Shown here: in pieces, positions 49,191 to 53,067 of the stretch
Numbering within the stretch: position 1 is the stretch's first letter
Layout of the letters: each line of letters begins with the position of its first letter
Assembly (NCBI GenBank): GCA_031264075.1
Contig: JAISEO010000088.1
Span: 1 to 53,067 of the forward strand
From: Coriobacteriales bacterium
Lineage (GTDB): Bacteria; Actinomycetota; Coriobacteriia; Coriobacteriales; UBA8131
Direction: 5' to 3'
Length of the DNA stretch: 53,067 bases
Made by a program: the position numbers and the translations under genes
Notes under the pieces: model-generated
Told to the model about the DNA's origin: nothing
The model's database searches: none
The model's input: only the letters and a program-made list of their open reading frames with translations

Positions 49191-52100
49191 TTGAGAAAGC
49201 TGGTAATTCCTGAGGGCGACCACGGGCGCTCTTCTGTTGACATAGCGTCGTCTGCCCAACAGCCTCCGCATACTGCCGAAATGGGGGGGGGGGGGGGGGC
49301 ACCCAATCAAACAAACGCCGTGGACCCACCCCCAGGGCCTAACCAGACCGGCAGGTCAAAACCAAGCTTCACCGGCACTTGACACGCAGGTACTGCGTGA
49401 GAGGATAGCTGCGGCCCGCGATTCCCTTTCCGGCACTCTCTCCGATCTGAGCGCCAGGCTCAATGCCCTTACCGAACAGATGCCTCCCATCAAGGCTGCT
49501 GATGCAGAACGCCTCGATACGGAGGTTAATCAGGCTCGCGCGCAACTGCAAGTCCGGCAGGCTGCCGCCGAGAAAAGGGTGCACGAGGAATTCTCTTCGC
49601 GAAGCAGGCATGAGTACGAAGCCCTACGCTCACTTTGCGAGCAATTGGCTCCGCGTGCTGCCTCCCGCAATTGGACGGAGATGGCAACGCAGCTTGCCGC
49701 CCAACCCCAACTCGTAGATTTCGTTGCTGTTGGCGAGGCCAGGCTTTCTGGCACCCATGTTGCGCAGGATGGCATCGCTGGCATCCATGATCCTGCCGGT
49801 ACTGGCGCGGTTGATGGTCTTACCGCTGCAACCAACGGCACAACCTTAGCCGATTCGGAGTCGTGGCCGGCCCTGGTGCCCTTCAATGCCGACAGGGGCC
49901 TGTACCTCAGCGGCGACGCGCGATCTGCGGCCCAGATAGCCCTGGAAGTGGTGTTGCGCATAGTGGCCAGTGTGCCGGAGCGTAATCTCAGCATCCATGT
50001 CTTCGACCCCAGGCTCACGGCGACTTTTGCTCAACTGAGCCCGCTCAGGCAGATGCGTCCCGAATGCTTCCCCATTCCAGAGACCCAGGCTGCTGGCTTT
50101 CGCTCCACTTTGGAAGGCCTTTTGCGCTCGGCCTCACTCTGCGCGGAAAAGGTGTCCGTCTCCGGAGCTGCAAGCCTGTCCGAGCTTTGGGCAGACGATC
50201 CCCTGGCCGACGGCGTGCTCAATATTGTGGTAGTCCTGGATTACCCGTACGCTCTTGACGCGCAGCTGCACAGTTTGCTCAAACGGCTGTCCCAAATGGG
50301 CTCGGCATCCGGCGTGCAGCTCATTGTCCAGGAACTTGCCGGAGTCGAGGCCGCGCGCGATGTGCTGCCCGAGGAGCTGCGTACCATCCACCAGCAGATT
50401 CATTGTGAGCGTGGGACGATCCTCATCACGGGCTATGACACGGCTATCCAGGTAGCGCCTTCCCCGGATTTTACCGACGCGCGCGTCCACGAACTCATTG
50501 CCGCACGCCAGCAGGTGTCCAGCAACCCGGAGTTGCCTGTCATCCCGCTCGAGGAGCTTATTGCCGCAGACATCAGGGAGCCCTGGCAGCATCTCTCCAC
50601 CGACGCGCTCCGCGCCTCCATCGGCCGCAGGGGACGCAGCGAGATGCTCAGCTTTGAGTTCAGGAGCGAGTCGCCTCCCAACGCCAGTGCCCTCATTGGC
50701 GGAGCGGTGGGACAGGGCAAATCGAATCTGCTCATGGACATAGTCTACTCGCTCTGTTGTGCCTATGGGCCCGATGAGTTGGAGTTGCTGCTGCTCGACT
50801 TTAAGCAGGGAGTGGAGTTCAAGCGCTTTGACACAAACAGCAGGGGAGAGAACTGGCTGCCGCATGCCCGGATCCTCTGCCTTGAATCAAATCAGGGCTT
50901 TGGTCTGGCGGTACTCAACTATGTGGACAGGGAGCTCGAGCGCCGTTCCTCGGCCTTCAAGAATGTCGAGTCGCCGGATGGCCAGCTGGGTGTCAGCTCG
51001 CTCAAGGCCTATCGCGAGGCAACCGGCCGCCCTCTGCCCCGTATCCTGCTGGTCATCGACGAGTTCCATCGTATTTTTGATGGCGAGCGCGATAATACTG
51101 ATACTGCCGTCAACCTGCTGGAAAATATCGCCAAACAGGGTCGCACCTACGGCGTGCATCTGATCCTGGCCTCGCAGACGGTTTCCGGCATCACGGCCAT
51201 GGGAGCACGCAAAGACGGTATCTTCGCCCAGTTTCCGGTGCGCCTCAGCCTGAAGAATACCGCTGCCGAAAGCCAGGCCATCCTGTCCATGGGCAACAAG
51301 GCTGCCGCAGAACTGAACTTCAGAGGCGAGATAATCCTCAACCAGAACACCGGCGGCGACCCGGAGAATAGCAATGAGCGAGGGCTTTCGGCCTATGTTG
51401 ACCCTGAAGTCTTTGCCGGAGTTCAGGCACAGCTGTGGCAGAAGGGCCACGATAAGCCGCCACTCATCTTCAACGGTAAGGCCTTTGCGCAGTTTCCTGG
51501 GCACCGTCTTGCTGACCATGTGCGGCAAGATGGTGAGGATGATGCCCTGGAGTTCTGGCTGGGGCAAAGCATCACCATCGCTACAGAAGAGCGGGATGGC
51601 AGGATCCTTGCAACTGACGCTCCCTATCGTCTGCGACTGTCCCGCAACGCCGATCAGGGTGTGGCACTCATCGGCCCGGACGACGAGAACATGCCGGTGG
51701 TTCCCGCTGTGCTTGGTTCCATGCTACGCACCGCTGCGACTTGGCTGAGGGAGCGGAAGGTCAAGGTCATCGTACTCTCCGGAGAAGGGGAGGAGCCCAA
51801 AGGCTCCAGCGCCACCCTCGTCTCGCGCTTGCAAAAGGAGCGCATCGAATATGAGTTCATCCCCAGAAGTGAGGCCCGAAGCTGGTTATTGGGCCCCGTG
51901 CGAACCCGCCTGAGCCTCGCAGATCCAGGGCAGGCCAGTGCCAGCACCCAAGCGCAGCTGATAATCGCTCTGGGCCTGCAACGTATCGTTGGTTTGGACG
52001 AGGAGTTCACCGAGGGCGAAGGCTTCGCGGCACCGCGCTACAGCGGACGCTCGGTGCTACAGGATCTCGCCTCGCGCGGTGCCATCAATGACCTGTTCTT

Positions 52101-52365
52101 CATCGGCTGGTGGCATAATCTGCGTGCAGCCGAAACCGACATGGGCATGAAGCGTACGGCGCTCTCGGTGTACATCACGGTCATGGCGGGCCTTGAGGAT
52201 CTCAAGTCTCTGGTAGGCGCGCGCGTGCAACGCATCGATGGTCGTCCGCGTATCGGGGTCTATGACCGTAATGGCTCCGGCGGGCTCGTTGAGGTTATTC
52301 CCTATGCTCTGCCTGCCGATTCGAGCGATTCAGGCAACGCATCAGAATCAAGGGAGGGGCAGTGA
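49191..52365 (+). CDS. FtsK/SpoIIIE (EccC/EssC-like) ATPase, frameshifted at G17 as given (main ORF 49480-52365)
   Basis: Walker A GGAVGQGKS, LLLDFK, Walker B LVIDEF, GRTYGVHLILASQ; RBS GGAGGG plus TTG 49191 joins the main frame if the tract is G16 or G19. Confidence 0.8.
49283..49299 (+). repeat. G17 homopolymer inside the 5' end of the FtsK-like gene
   Basis: 17 consecutive G counted directly. Confidence 0.9.
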
Positions 52366-52913
52366 TGGTCGGATCGCGCGCCTATGAGGAGTATCTCGAG
52401 GCTCTCAAGGGACGCTTCACAGCACAGGATGAATATGAGCAGGCATTGGACACCGCGAAGAAGAGCGGTCAGGCGGACTATAGCACTGCCGTACGTGAGC
52501 AAAGGCAGCAGAGCGAGAACTGGGAAGAATTCGAGCAGCGTGCAGACAAGCTCAAAAGAAGGCTGACCTCCCTCCAAAGCCGTGCGGGAGTCACGCCGGA
52601 AAATGGCAGCGCTCCGCTGCTTCTGCGCACTAGCAACGATGTGAAGGATACCCTGGGCACGCTCGCAGACGATGTGGCACGCGCAGAGGAGAAGCTGGCC
52701 TGGATACAACGCAACGAGCCCGCTCTCGATACCGTGGTCGGTGTGCAGGCACCCGCACCCGCCCAGGCCCCTCCCGTTTCGCAGGCTTCGTCAGGGGCAA
52801 GCAGCCACCAGACAAAGAAGAGTGGCTGTGTGGGATCGGTGTTGCTACTGGGCGGGCTGGGTCTCCTGCTTACCGTCGTAAGCATAGCTGTCGTTGGCGT
52901 ACTCATAAGTTAA
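52362..52913 (+). CDS. Coiled-coil protein with C-terminal TM anchor
   Basis: Overlaps the FtsK-like stop; helical N-terminus, Pro/Ala linker, hydrophobic C-terminus. Confidence 0.75.
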   Translation: MMVGSRAYEEYLEALKGRFTAQDEYEQALDTAKKSGQADYSTAVREQRQQSENWEEFEQRADKLKRRLTSLQSRAGVTPENGSAPLLLRTSNDVKDTLGTLADDVARAEEKLAWIQRNEPALDTVVGVQAPAPAQAPPVSQASSGASSHQTKKSGCVGSVLLLGGLGLLLTVVSIAVVGVLIS

Positions 52914-52938
52914 AGGAGAGGTACAGAAGGGATGCAGG

Positions 52939-53067
52939 ATGGCAGATGAATTCAGGATTTTGAATCGCAATAGCACGAGCACTGGCCAGCAGCTTGGACA
53001 GATAGCGCCCCAGATCATAGATACCAGCAAGAGCACTATTACTGCCGACAAGCACCAGAAGAAGATG
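52939..53067 (+). CDS. Partial ORF running off the window
   Basis: Purine-rich RBS, then MADEFRILNRNSTSTGQQLGQIAPQIIDTSKSTITADKHQKKM with no stop. Confidence 0.55.
   Translation, partial: MADEFRILNRNSTSTGQQLGQIAPQIIDTSKSTITADKHQKKM

Overview
A GC-rich bacterial window whose gene content suggests an anaerobic Coriobacteriia/Eggerthellales-like actinobacterium (inference only). The first 15.2 kb is an accessory island: three cell-wall-binding-2 (CWB2) surface proteins, a serine recombinase and many toxin-antitoxin-type genes (HipBA, GNAT, two Fic, a DUF1902-like ORF, MNT-HEPN). Main finding: two CWB2 genes are each preceded by a paralogous ~145-bp segment with a -10 element, flanked by 30-bp palindromic sites (core CCAAAACCTATAGGTTTTGG). 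The two copies lie in opposite orientations (apparently OFF at 1.8-2.0 kb, ON at 9.9-10.1 kb), pointing to an invertible-promoter phase-variation system, probably driven by the nearby Hin/Pin-like recombinase. The rest encodes cydABDC, two CmpB-like membrane proteins, an aldo/keto reductase, a Tat flavocytochrome c subunit, a large YDG/LRR-like surface protein, MazEF, SPFH/GntR/NrfD, a Tat molybdopterin oxidoreductase operon, a dehydratase-activator fusion, a DUF2284-like protein, a corrinoid protein, a polyferredoxin, enolase, a polyprenyl synthase and a flavin reductase. Two further hidden features: a candidate type I toxin-antitoxin locus at 44.4-44.7 kb, and a G17 tract that frameshifts the 5' end of an FtsK/T7SS-like ATPase at 49.3 kb. 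All calls come from motif recognition by eye; no database searches were run.
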